This document shows positions 41,448 through 51,316 of a DNA stretch of 64,000 bases, piece after piece. The DNA is from Candidatus Altimarinota bacterium (lineage in GTDB: Bacteria > Patescibacteriota > Gracilibacteria > UBA1369 > GCA-2718715). The stretch covers positions 32,001-96,000 of the forward strand of contig JBESAV010000001.1 in the NCBI GenBank assembly GCA_041242255.1, read 5' to 3'. The notes below the pieces were generated by a model, which saw only the letters and a list, made by a program, of their open reading frames with translations, was not told the DNA's origin and did not search any database. The number at the start of each line of letters is the position of its first letter. Position 1 is the stretch's first letter. A program made the translations under genes and the position numbers.

Positions 41448-42125
41448 ATGAACCTAGAAATGCAAAACCAATTCGACGAATTAGAAAACAATTCTCCAAA
41501 AGCAGATGAAAGCTTAGAAGTAAAAGCAATGACTTCAGCCGAACTCCTGCAAGGCGCACTCGCCTCTTCCGAACTAATGGAACAAATCACTGGTGAACTT
41601 TTAGAAAACCCAAAACTTGCCAAAAAACTTAATCTAGACACCACAGACCCAATCCAACTAGAACTTGAAGTAGGTCGAACCATCCAAAAGCTAGAATCAA
41701 TGTCAGGTCAGCTCACAGACATCATCGAGCTAATCGCTATCATCCTAGTAAACCCAAAAGGCCTTGTTAAAAAATATAAAACAGTCGGAAAAGTAATGAG
41801 CCAGAACGCAGCCGTTCTCGATGAGTTTGAAAACAGACTCGACAACCTAACTGCAGATGAAAACATGCTCAAAGTCGCTTTAGGATACCTAGGAAAACTA
41901 AATCTAAAAATGAACCCAACCTACACAGGATCCAAACTAGTAGCTTACCTCAGCCAACTCACTGGGATTGTCACAGAGGAAGAAACAGCTCAAATGCAAT
42001 CCAACACCGAGCTCCTCGACACTCCAGGCCTAAACATATACATCATCTGGACACTCCTCAAAGACAGTCCGGAACTAACCAAAGAAATCTACGAAACAGC
42101 CATGCAAATCAAAGAACAAGCCTAA
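41448..42125 (+). CDS. Hypothetical helical protein
   Basis: 225 aa ORF with a terminator at ~42129-42156. Confidence 0.6.
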   Translation: MNLEMQNQFDELENNSPKADESLEVKAMTSAELLQGALASSELMEQITGELLENPKLAKKLNLDTTDPIQLELEVGRTIQKLESMSGQLTDIIELIAIILVNPKGLVKKYKTVGKVMSQNAAVLDEFENRLDNLTADENMLKVALGYLGKLNLKMNPTYTGSKLVAYLSQLTGIVTEEETAQMQSNTELLDTPGLNIYIIWTLLKDSPELTKEIYETAMQIKEQA

Positions 42126-42173
42126 CAAAAAAGACCTCTCAGCCGAGAGGTCTTTTCAGTAAATCAATCAAAA

Positions 42174-42458
42174 TTATCTTTGCATTTGTTTGATCATTTT
42201 GTTCACAACTCTTTTTTCATTGTTGAAAGCTTTCTTTCTCATTTTTCTAGCAAACCCAAGCATTTTTTGAGGGTTTTTAGTTAGAGTTTTAATAGCTTTT
42301 GCTGAAACTCTTGCGTAGAAAAAGTCTCCAGTTTCTGGATCCATAAATTTTTTCCAGAAAAGATTTGGTTTGAAAGTTCTTTTTGTTTTGCGTTGAGAGT
42401 GGCTGACATTTTGTCCGCTTGTAGTTCTCTTCCCGCTAAAATCACATACTCTAGCCAT
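42174..42458 (-). CDS. rpmB: 50S ribosomal protein L28 (with basic C-terminal extension)
   Basis: MARVC..SGK...[18 protein letters not shown] motif. Confidence 0.95.
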   Translation of the reverse strand: MARVCDFSGKRTTSGQNVSHSQRKTKRTFKPNLFWKKFMDPETGDFFYARVSAKAIKTLTKNPQKMLGFARKMRKKAFNNEKRVVNKMIKQMQR

Positions 42459-42589
42459 AATAACTTGTTTCTAAATTTTTATTTTTACGATACAATTCCT
42501 GATGTCATAGCCTCAAAACCGCTTGATCAATGACTAGACGGGGCAAAATATAACAACTTATCCTAAAATACACAAGTTAAATTTCCCAA

Positions 42590-43204
42590 ATGTTCAACCA
42601 AAACTTCCTATTATTCCTCATAGCAATCATTGCCGCACTCACAGTTCATGAAGCTGCTCACGCTTTAGTAGCATACAAATTAGGTGATTCTACAGCCAAA
42701 GATGAAGGCAGACTAACACTCAACCCACTCAAACATCTAGACCCTTGGGGTAGCCTTCTTTTCTTACTTGTACAATTTGGATGGGGTAAACCAATCCCAG
42801 TAAATCCTATCAACTTCAAAAATCCAAAGAGAGACCAAGCCCTCGTAGCATTAGCTGGCCCAGCTTCCAACCTTCTCTTAGCCCTTTTAGGAGGTATAAT
42901 CTTCACATACATCCCACAAGCTGAAACCTTCGGACTAATCTTCTTACAAATAAACATTGTCTTAGCTATCTTCAATCTTATCCCACTTCCACCATTAGAT
43001 GGATCAAAGATCTTAGGTATCTTCCTCAACGACAACCAATTCATCCGATACCAAAACTTCATCCAAAACTATAGTGGATACATAATTTTAGGAGTATTTG
43101 TTGATCTAGTAATCCTTCCAGAAATCATAAATTTCTCCGTAATAGGATTAATTGTTAACACCTTCACAGCTGTTATCCAAGCTTTCCTTTTAGCAGGAAT
43201 CTAG
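42590..43204 (+). CDS. Site-2 protease (M50) family
   Basis: HEAAH, AGP.SN, FNLIPLPPLDG motifs. Confidence 0.93.
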   Translation: MFNQNFLLFLIAIIAALTVHEAAHALVAYKLGDSTAKDEGRLTLNPLKHLDPWGSLLFLLVQFGWGKPIPVNPINFKNPKRDQALVALAGPASNLLLALLGGIIFTYIPQAETFGLIFLQINIVLAIFNLIPLPPLDGSKILGIFLNDNQFIRYQNFIQNYSGYIILGVFVDLVILPEIINFSVIGLIVNTFTAVIQAFLLAGI

Positions 43205-43283
43205 TTAACGCAAACAACATCACCAGCTTTCCGCAAAACCGCTTTCTTGCCAACATCTTCCAGAGCTACATATAATTATCTAC

Positions 43284-43437
43284 AGCTCTGTTCTTTCACG
43301 TTTGAGTTTAAATTACTTTCTCGTCTATCACCACTTCAAGGGAGGTCAACATTTCTCAGGTCCGAGGATTTGGGGTGCGATCACCCACTTCACTTATAAG
43401 GCGCAGGTGCCTTTAAGCGGACGGCTGGGATGGAGCT
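43284..43437 (+). ncRNA. ssrS: Probable 6S RNA
   Basis: TTGCCA-18-TATAAT promoter at 43247-43276. Long imperfect closing rod (AGCTCTGTTCT/GGGATGGAGCT, CGTTTG/CGGACG, GTTTAAA/TTTAAGC), central bubble, GGGAG...CACCCAC motifs as in Firmicutes-type 6S; terminator at 43441-43468. Confidence 0.65.
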
Positions 43438-43505
43438 TTCAAAAGACCACGTAATCGTGGTCTTTTTTAATAACTAAAATTTCATACACAAAAATATGAA
43501 TATAA

Positions 43506-44024
43506 TTATTTATTCCAAGGCATAACACCTAAAATTTTAGCCATACCACACCAACCAGTAACTCCGGCAAAAACTAACCCAACTCCCACAAACGCAGACA
43601 ACCAAATAGCATACCAATTCCAAAATAAAGCCAAAGCTACTCCGATCAAAACAAGACAACCTGCCGCAATCAAAACTTGCCTTATAATTGGCAAACCACC
43701 TCCCCCACTCTCAAGAGGCAATCCCTCAGCTTTCCACTGGAGCAAGCCACCATCTACATTAACCAATTCAGTATCAATCTCACCTAATTTTTCAATAGCC
43801 TTCATACTTCTACCACCACTTTTACAAGTCACATACACTTTCTCATACTTACAAAATTGATCGGCATATTTCTCAACTTTATCTAAAGGAATATTTTCAA
43901 AACCTTTAATGTGTTCTTCTTTAAACTCAACATCAGTACGAACATCAACAAAATGAACTAGATTTAAATCTTCATTTTGAAGAGCACTTCTCACCTCTCT
44001 TACTTTACAATGCAACATACACAA
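43506..44024 (-). CDS. Rhodanese domain plus DUF2892 membrane protein (YgaP-like)
   Basis: DVRT..EF, CKSGGRS, GG...W; AG.TG.CGM motifs. Confidence 0.9.
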   Translation of the reverse strand: MCMLHCKVREVRSALQNEDLNLVHFVDVRTDVEFKEEHIKGFENIPLDKVEKYADQFCKYEKVYVTCKSGGRSMKAIEKLGEIDTELVNVDGGLLQWKAEGLPLESGGGGLPIIRQVLIAAGCLVLIGVALALFWNWYAIWLSAFVGVGLVFAGVTGWCGMAKILGVMPWNK

Positions 44025-44097
44025 AAATTATTATCTCTATAAAATATATACCTTACAAAACCAAAACAAAATGTATCTTCAATCCTACATATCTTTA

Positions 44098-44667
44098 CTA
44101 ACCAATTTCATCATTCACCCCAAACCAAACTTGATCAGAAGTATACTCAACGTAACAATCTGAATCACAATAATTATCATTGTTTACCACAACAAACACC
44201 TCATATTCTCTAAAAAAATTATTCAAACATTCCAATAACTCAAGAGACTCCAATCTACAGATACGATTAACCGCAGAAATTTCATCACTGCTATCCATGT
44301 ACAGCACTCCAGCCGAGTAATTAACTCCAGTCCGAACAGACATCAATTCTACAGAATCACTCATATGCCTCATAGCTCTTAAAGCTAATAGAATCTTCAT
44401 CAAGTCAGACTTATCCGACCACAACAAGTTATAAAGTATAACCCACTCAGGCGAGACCAATAAATTAGAAACAGTCACAAAACTTATTCGATCAACAACC
44501 AAAGCAATATCAACTTCCACAAAACTCTCAAAACACACTGCCAAACTTGCTCTTACCTCCTCCACTAAATCATACAAATCATCACTCTGAAACTCAGGGT
44601 ATTTCTCCAAAAACCTATCTATATATCCTTTCTCTAACTCAATCATTATTTCCAAAATTAATATCAT
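44098..44667 (-). CDS. Hypothetical protein
   Basis: 189 aa ORF overlapping the upstream gene end. Confidence 0.5.
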   Translation of the reverse strand: MILILEIMIELEKGYIDRFLEKYPEFQSDDLYDLVEEVRASLAVCFESFVEVDIALVVDRISFVTVSNLLVSPEWVILYNLLWSDKSDLMKILLALRAMRHMSDSVELMSVRTGVNYSAGVLYMDSSDEISAVNRICRLESLELLECLNNFFREYEVFVVVNNDNYCDSDCYVEYTSDQVWFGVNDEIG

Positions 44668-45826
44668 CCCTCAGACTCATGGCATATTCAAAGTCGTACT
44701 TAGGCAATTCGATCTCATTTTCATTATAAAAATCCCGAACTTCTTCTAACATACTCAAAGGAAATTTACCTCCCCACAACAAACTAATGTCTTCAGCTGA
44801 AGCAGTCTCCATAAAATCAACAACTCTCCGCAAACCAATTGAGTAAGCACATTCTTTATTAAAACGATTATAACTCAAGACCCTTATTGCATATCTATAC
44901 GCTTCCTTCATGATCACAACTTTACTCTTTGATGTATCCAAACCAAAAATACTTTCATACGTATCATATATTTTTTGAGCTGAAATTTCTGGTTCTTTCA
45001 GCATTCTTGCTGTTACCACTACATTTGCCGCCCGCTTCAAAGTCCATAAATTTTCTTTTATTTCTTCATGACTCATTCCCATACCTCTCATCTCAGTATA
45101 AACCGCAACCCCCTCTTCATCCGTATAGTAACAATCCACACCATTCATTAAAGGGTCAAAGCCAGTCAAATCACCATTATACTTTCTAAATGCATGCCCA
45201 CAAACTTCATGAAAAAACAATCCTTGCACCTTCGCTCTAGAACGTTTCCTTTTTCTCGGAACAAGGACTCGCCTAGATGAATGACTAAAACTCATCGAAG
45301 TGTATTTACTTGGACGAATCTCATAACCAGACTCTACAAAAAATTCTTGCCCAAATTCATAAAAAGCTCTTCTTATTTCAGACCCATTCATAAGTTGTTT
45401 CTCTCTTTTTTCAGATAAATTCTCAGAATCATAATTTTCAATATAACTCTCAGCTTCCAAAATCATCTTTCTATCAGGACAACCATAAACATCCATTGAT
45501 AGTTTGAGATTACTATCACCAAAGAAAAAATTATGAGTAAACTGAAAATCTGATAATTTCTTCCGATAGTACTCTCTCCACAAAACAGATTCACTAGTAT
45601 CTTCACTTTTAAGCTTCCTCAACATTTTATGAATCAAACGACTTCCATGAACTACCTCCCAAACTTCCATACCCCTTTTATAACTCGCCTTCTCCAAAAC
45701 CTCACCGATACTCAACTCCCCTTCTACAAAAGCTTTCTCTAACTTCTGAGGATCATTAAGCTTAGACGAAGAAATTGGACTAACACTTCTAACCGGCCGA
45801 TTTAAATCTTCAAAATCACGATACAT
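44639..45826 (-). CDS. DUF1704-like zinc metallopeptidase (QEGLA/Tyr-Phe carboxypeptidase family)
   Basis: HEVCGH..R..NG, EEGVA, KE..Y..G and L..GK motifs. Confidence 0.7.
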   Translation of the reverse strand: MYRDFEDLNRPVRSVSPISSSKLNDPQKLEKAFVEGELSIGEVLEKASYKRGMEVWEVVHGSRLIHKMLRKLKSEDTSESVLWREYYRKKLSDFQFTHNFFFGDSNLKLSMDVYGCPDRKMILEAESYIENYDSENLSEKREKQLMNGSEIRRAFYEFGQEFFVESGYEIRPSKYTSMSFSHSSRRVLVPRKRKRSRAKVQGLFFHEVCGHAFRKYNGDLTGFDPLMNGVDCYYTDEEGVAVYTEMRGMGMSHEEIKENLWTLKRAANVVVTARMLKEPEISAQKIYDTYESIFGLDTSKSKVVIMKEAYRYAIRVLSYNRFNKECAYSIGLRRVVDFMETASAEDISLLWGGKFPLSMLEEVRDFYNENEIELPKYDFEYAMSLRDDINFGNND

Positions 45827-45934
45827 ATAAAAAATTTCATAGATATTATTAAATCACCAAAACACAAAAAGTCAACAACTCTTTACATCTAGCCATTTCC
45901 CCGTATACTCCAGCCAACAATAAACACCAATCAA

Positions 45935-47713
45935 ATGGAAATCAGAAATATAGCCATCATCGCCCACGTAGATCATGGTAAAACAACTCTAACCGACGCC
46001 CTCCTTTCCCAAACTGGGATGATCCAAGGTGGATCAATGGACAGCAACCAATTAGAGCAAGAAAGAGGAATCACAATTTACTCAAAACCAACAACTCTTT
46101 ACTACAAAGACACAAAGATCAACATCGTTGATACTCCAGGTCATGCCGATTTCGGATCAGAAGTAGAGCGTGTCCTAAGATCAATCGACTGTGTACTCTT
46201 AATAGTAGACGCCCAAGAAGGACCAATGCCACAGACAAAATTCGTACTTAAAAAGTCCCTTCAACTAGGTCTTAAACCAATCGTAGTTCTAAACAAGATC
46301 GACAAACCAGCCGCTCAACCAGACAGAGTACTTGAAGAAGTTCAAGAACTTTTCCTAGAACTAGATGCCAACGACGAACAATTTGATTTCCCATACATCT
46401 ACGCAATCGGTAAAGACGGTATCGCTAAAACTTCACTAGATGATAATTCACAAAACCTAGACCCACTTCTAGACATGATCCTAGAAAAAGTACCAGCAGC
46501 AGAAGCAGACACTTCTAAAGCCTTCCGCATGCAACCATTCAACCTTGGTTACGACGACTTCATCGGAAGACTTGGAATCGGAAGAATCTACGAAGGAACA
46601 GTAAAATCAGGTCAAAAAGTATTCATCAAAAACCACAACGGGGAAACAAGATCAGGAACTATCAGCAAACTCCAACAGTTCAAAGGATTTGAAACCATCG
46701 AAGTTAAAGAAGCCCACGCAGGTGACCTAGTAATGATCGCAGGTATCGCTGATCTAGACATCGGAGAAACAATTACTTCAGACGACAACGCAGAACTTCT
46801 CCCAGCTATCAACGTAGACGAACCAACTATCGCAATGGACTTCATCGTAAACGACTCTCCATTTGCAGGTAAAGAAGGGAAATTCGTAACAACTCGTCAG
46901 ATCAGAGACAGACTAGAAAAAGAACTAGAGATCAACGTAGGTCTACGTATCGAATTCCCAGAAAATTCAGACAGATTCAAAGTATACGGACGTGGAGAAC
47001 TTCACATCGCCATCCTACTTGAACAAATGGCCAGAGAAGGATTTGAGCTTCAAGTCAGCCAACCACAAGCCATCATCAAGGAAGTAGATGGACAACAAGT
47101 TGAACCATTTGAAGAAGTTACTATCGATTGTCCTTCAGAGTTCACAGGAACAGTTATCGAAAAACTTGGAAAAAGAAAAGGGTCAATGACCAACATGATC
47201 AACAAAGGAAACATCACCAGATTACTCTTCGAAATCCCTTCAAGAGGTCTACTCGGTTTCCGTGGTCAGTTCGTAGTTGATACCAAAGGTGAAGGAATCC
47301 TTTCAAGCCAAGGTCTTGGATTTAGACCATATGCTGGACCAATCGAAAAACACCAAACTGGATCAATGATCTCAATGGACACTGGTAAAGCTCTTGGTTA
47401 CGCCCTAGCCAACCTCCAACAAAGAGGAGTTCTATACATTGAACCAAACACTGAAGTTTACGAAGGTATGGTTATCGGAAACACAGCCAACGGAATGGAT
47501 CTAATAGTAAATCCACTCAAAGGTAAAAAACTAACCAACGTCCGAGCCTCAGGTTCAGACGACGCCCTCAATCTAACACCTCCAAAGAAAGTTACTCTTG
47601 AAACCGGAATGGAAATCATGAAAGAAGATGAATTCCTAGAAATCACTCCAGAAAATGTCCGCATCCGAAAACAACACCTCAAAGAGGCCGACCGAAAAAG
47701 AGCTTCTAAATAA
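45935..47713 (+). CDS. typA: Translational GTPase TypA/BipA
   Basis: RNIAIIAHVDHGKTTL, DTPGHADF, GRGELH, LTNVRASG motifs. Confidence 0.98.
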   Translation: MEIRNIAIIAHVDHGKTTLTDALLSQTGMIQGGSMDSNQLEQERGITIYSKPTTLYYKDTKINIVDTPGHADFGSEVERVLRSIDCVLLIVDAQEGPMPQTKFVLKKSLQLGLKPIVVLNKIDKPAAQPDRVLEEVQELFLELDANDEQFDFPYIYAIGKDGIAKTSLDDNSQNLDPLLDMILEKVPAAEADTSKAFRMQPFNLGYDDFIGRLGIGRIYEGTVKSGQKVFIKNHNGETRSGTISKLQQFKGFETIEVKEAHAGDLVMIAGIADLDIGETITSDDNAELLPAINVDEPTIAMDFIVNDSPFAGKEGKFVTTRQIRDRLEKELEINVGLRIEFPENSDRFKVYGRGELHIAILLEQMAREGFELQVSQPQAIIKEVDGQQVEPFEEVTIDCPSEFTGTVIEKLGKRKGSMTNMINKGNITRLLFEIPSRGLLGFRGQFVVDTKGEGILSSQGLGFRPYAGPIEKHQTGSMISMDTGKALGYALANLQQRGVLYIEPNTEVYEGMVIGNTANGMDLIVNPLKGKKLTNVRASGSDDALNLTPPKKVTLETGMEIMKEDEFLEITPENVRIRKQHLKEADRKRASK

Positions 47714-47749
47714 ACAAACTAAACCAGGTGAAAACCTGGTTTTTATTTA

Positions 47750-48655
47750 TCATCCTATCAACACATCCACCAAGGACTCATGAAAAGCTCTTACAGACGG
47801 ACTCCCAAAAGTTTTATCCAGACCCACTGAACCATTCACTTCCACCAACTTTATACCTTCCCTAGTATTCATGCAGTCATAAGCCAAAATCCGCTGCACT
47901 GGATTTTCACTAAACAATTTCTCTTCAAGTTTTTTTGCAAATTCAACAAACTCCACAGGTACATCATTTTTTTCAAAGACATGTCTAGTAGCACCCTGCG
48001 CAAAATTCGTCAGCAAACTTCCTTTCTTAGGAATACGTAAAACACCATACATAAGCTCTCCGTTCACCATTATCAATCTAAAATCATGAACTCCGTCCAC
48101 AATATCCTTAAACCCACAAGAGCTATCAATCAACTTCTGCACCACGTATTCATCATCAAAAAACTCAGCTTTCTCTAAGATATCTTCAACAGTTCCAATC
48201 AACACTTCCCTTCCACTAGAACCTTTGTTTGGCTTAAAAACAGCTACTTCATTTCTATCAAAATTTTGACTTACTACCTTCTCCAAATCATTTTGATTCC
48301 TAAGCAAAAAAGTTTTAGGACTAGCCTCACCAACCTTTTCAGCCAACATAAACTTATCCATCGTAAGCTGATCAATCCATGGATCAGTCACAACTCTAAT
48401 ATCATCAAACCCAAATCTTCCTTTATTATAAATCACCTTAACTTTCACTTCCCCAGCCTCAATAAAAGCACCATCATTCATCAACCATGATTCAGAAAAG
48501 TGACCATTACCCAAGTAGGTTTCACTTCCTCTCAAAATTCTATACTCATGACCTTTATCCAAAATCGCCTGTATCAACTCACTATATGCATCCACATAAT
48601 ATTTATCACCAAAAGGATAAATATCATACCTATCCTTAAAAAAGATCCCTATCAT
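47750..48655 (-). CDS. RimK-like ATP-grasp ligase
   Basis: DK, KP..GSSG..V, VQ..ID...G, HDFRL, N..QG, EVN motifs. Confidence 0.85.
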   Translation of the reverse strand: MIGIFFKDRYDIYPFGDKYYVDAYSELIQAILDKGHEYRILRGSETYLGNGHFSESWLMNDGAFIEAGEVKVKVIYNKGRFGFDDIRVVTDPWIDQLTMDKFMLAEKVGEASPKTFLLRNQNDLEKVVSQNFDRNEVAVFKPNKGSSGREVLIGTVEDILEKAEFFDDEYVVQKLIDSSCGFKDIVDGVHDFRLIMVNGELMYGVLRIPKKGSLLTNFAQGATRHVFEKNDVPVEFVEFAKKLEEKLFSENPVQRILAYDCMNTREGIKLVEVNGSVGLDKTFGSPSVRAFHESLVDVLIG

Positions 48656-49899
48656 ATCGATTCTTTTACAACATAAGTACTAGCTGGATAATCCATCATA
48701 TTTTGCATAAAATCTCTAAAGCCTGATTCACGCATATGACCGCGCCCCATAAAACTCGTCCCTTTTATCAAACCATGCTTTTGGTTAAACCATTCAGTAG
48801 AAAAATCCGGATATAACTCAGTAACAACAAACTCTTCCTCCGTACAAATCGGTACAAAATCTGAATCAACCCAAGTCGCCACATTCCCTAATTCATGTAC
48901 TCCAAAAACTCTAACATCATCAGGCAAATAATTTCTTCTTACAGTTTTATAAGTCTTTCCTGTATGTATACGGTGCCATTGAGCTTCTTTTATAGGACTC
49001 CCACCAAGATACCTAGAAATAGCATTTGCTTCATATCTATTTAACATAGCTGGCCAAGCCAACGGTAACAACTCTAGTTGATTTGTTAAAGTCTTATAAT
49101 GATATTCCCCATTAACATTTATAAAATTAAAAGGCATACCTCTATCTCTTGTCCTATCCAGATGTCCTTCAAAATCAAAGACCCCTCTCCATAAACCATC
49201 ATCTTCATAACCACCATCCCTTATAAAATCAACTACTTGAGTATTTGTAATCGGATATTTCGAAACCTCAAATCCCTCTAAAATTTCTGAAGCTAAACCT
49301 TGTTCATTATCCCACATAAAAGCATCTACAGAATCGTTATATTGACCAGCACCATAATCAACCCTACCTCCACCCACTTCAACAAACTCCAACTCAACTC
49401 TTTCCATTTCATAAGAATTCAAATCCATTCTTTCTCTATGCTTCTTCATAGAATCAAGTTTGCATATATGAGGAAAAGTAGTTTGATGGTGTAGATTCTC
49501 GTGCTCAATTCCCATCATAATAGCAAAAGCAATTCTCTCATCATTCAAACCACCACTACATATAACTTGTAGAACATCATGATAAAAACGAACTCTATAC
49601 CTATTAAGTTCTTCTAAATCACATCTTTTAAAAGTATCTAAATCATCAATAGAATCAGGACTAACTCCACGCTCAAACAAAACATCAAATTCGTGGTGCT
49701 CTAAATCACAACCAACTTGCTGTAATTTACTTCTAGTAAATGCAGCAGTATGTCCCAAATAAAATAACAACTCTCTTCTTAAAGGATCAGGTTGCTCAGT
49801 CAAAAATTCAAGAAGAACTAAACTAAATAAATTATCATAATCCTTGTAAGATCTAGTGACCTCTGAATAAAACTTCGCCTCTAAACGTTTATTGTTCAT
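48652..49899 (-). CDS. OvoA/EgtB-like non-heme iron sulfoxide synthase (DinB plus FGE-sulfatase domains), no methyltransferase domain
   Basis: LRR.L.FYLGHT..F and MMGIEHE.LH..T iron-ligand motifs; WDNE; ITN....FI.DGGY; Y.DFS...F...H....G.S. Confidence 0.75.
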   Translation of the reverse strand: MNNKRLEAKFYSEVTRSYKDYDNLFSLVLLEFLTEQPDPLRRELLFYLGHTAAFTRSKLQQVGCDLEHHEFDVLFERGVSPDSIDDLDTFKRCDLEELNRYRVRFYHDVLQVICSGGLNDERIAFAIMMGIEHENLHHQTTFPHICKLDSMKKHRERMDLNSYEMERVELEFVEVGGGRVDYGAGQYNDSVDAFMWDNEQGLASEILEGFEVSKYPITNTQVVDFIRDGGYEDDGLWRGVFDFEGHLDRTRDRGMPFNFINVNGEYHYKTLTNQLELLPLAWPAMLNRYEANAISRYLGGSPIKEAQWHRIHTGKTYKTVRRNYLPDDVRVFGVHELGNVATWVDSDFVPICTEEEFVVTELYPDFSTEWFNQKHGLIKGTSFMGRGHMRESGFRDFMQNMMDYPASTYVVKESI

Positions 49900-49995
49900 C
49901 CCATATATTTACTTGCAACAATTATCCCCTCGTCATAAAAATAATCAACAAAAAAGGCCCACTTATTCAAAAGTAGGCCTTTCAAAAACTAAAAA

Positions 49996-50892
49996 TTATT
50001 TCAAATTCTCACTTAGGAATTCAGTAGTTTTTTCCCATGCATCAAGTGTTTCCTCAGCTGCATAGTTTGATCCTGATGGATTTGCAAAAGCATGTCCAAC
50101 ACCATCATAGATATTAATATCATTTTCAACTCCTAACTCATCCAAAGATGATTCAAAAGCTCTAACTTCTTCTACAGGTATTCCACCATCTTCAGCTCCA
50201 AATATTCCAAGTACAGGACCAGAAATACTTTCAAGCTCTTCAGTTGATGTTACAAGATTACCATAGTAAATCACCGTAGCATCTAAGTCGCTAGCCAATG
50301 AAAGATTCAAGGACTGTTGTCCTCCGAAACACCACCCCATTGAAGCAACTCGTGTATAACCATATTCACTTTCAACCCAATCAATCGCTGATTGCATCTT
50401 AGTAACAGCTTCCTCAGGATTACTTCTTACAGAACCAGCCAATTCACCAGCCTGACTACTTTCTTCAGCAACCTCTCCATCATATAAATCTATTGCAAAC
50501 ACTCTGTACCCTTCATTTGCTAATAAATCAGCCATATATTCGATATTATCATTTAGCCCCCACCACTCATGAATCATTACAACCAAAGGTAATTCTTCCT
50601 CAACATTGGCTGCAGCCATGTATCCTTGAAAACCATCTTCCACAACGTCCATACTTACGATTTCATCTCCAAACTCCTGATCAAACAACATTCTATTGTT
50701 ATCTTCAGCAGTGATACATTCACCATTTTCATCGATTTCATCTTCCTGACATCCCATATGGTTCTCCATATCTTTCATGTCATCCATATTGGACATTTCG
50801 TCTGTATTTGGAGTCATCTGAGCACACCCAGCCAACACCAAAGCCAAAACAATCAAAGATAATTTTCTCATATTTTTTGTTAAATTATTCAA
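49996..50892 (-). CDS. Dienelactone hydrolase family lipoprotein
   Basis: LAGC lipobox; HEWWGLN, GWCFGG, GHAFAN motifs. Confidence 0.92.
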   Translation of the reverse strand: MNNLTKNMRKLSLIVLALVLAGCAQMTPNTDEMSNMDDMKDMENHMGCQEDEIDENGECITAEDNNRMLFDQEFGDEIVSMDVVEDGFQGYMAAANVEEELPLVVMIHEWWGLNDNIEYMADLLANEGYRVFAIDLYDGEVAEESSQAGELAGSVRSNPEEAVTKMQSAIDWVESEYGYTRVASMGWCFGGQQSLNLSLASDLDATVIYYGNLVTSTEELESISGPVLGIFGAEDGGIPVEEVRAFESSLDELGVENDINIYDGVGHAFANPSGSNYAAEETLDAWEKTTEFLSENLK

Positions 50893-51017
50893 TCCATATT
50901 ATGAAACCTCTCCAGCCTAAACTCAAGGTAAACTCAAAACAATTGATCTCCCCCCAACAACTTGCTAATATCCCCATACTTAAAAGAACAGCGTATCCAG
51001 GGATACGCCCATCAAAA

Positions 51018-51057
51018 GCCGCCGTAGCTCAGTTGGTAGAGCGCACCCATGGTAAGG
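51018..51057 (+). pseudogene. 5' half of the disrupted host tRNA-Thr(GGT) (attL)
   Basis: GCCGCCGTAGCTCAGTTGGTAGAGCGCACCCATGGTAAGG, after which tRNA similarity stops; its acceptor and anticodon strands pair with the fragment at 58496-58540. Confidence 0.92.
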
Positions 51058-51185
51058 ATACGGACGTCGGGACAATGCAAGGATTTGACTTTAAACTAAA
51101 GCATAACCTACAATCCCAACACGGTCAATAAACCACCCCTGAAAATATAGGGACATCGGCTTAGGTAAAAAAGTACACATATCAC

Positions 51186-51261
51186 GCCATCTTAGCTCAG
51201 TCGGTAGAGCGCCGCCATGGTAAGGCGGAGGTCGGCAGTTCAAATCTGCTAGATGGCTCCA
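51186..51261 (+). tRNA. tRNA-Thr(GGT), element-borne complete copy
   Basis: 76 nt: acceptor GCCATCT/AGATGGC, anticodon arm CCGCC-AT GGT AA-GGCGG, T arm GGCAG-TTCAAAT-CTGCT, encoded CCA. Confidence 0.95.
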
Positions 51262-51316
51262 TTTCCATTTCGAACCAGAGATACCTCGTGAATTAATATT
51301 CACTAAGCTCTTTAAA

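Noticed and set aside
42460-42545. Autoregulatory RNA leader of rpmB
   Set aside because: It is GC-richer with some pairing potential, but I cannot assign a convincing structure or family.
43325-43380. SRP RNA or RNase P RNA
   Set aside because: TCAGGTCCG is not followed by the GNRA/AGCAG helix 8 pattern and no GAGGAAAGTCC motif is present; the rod fold fits 6S better.
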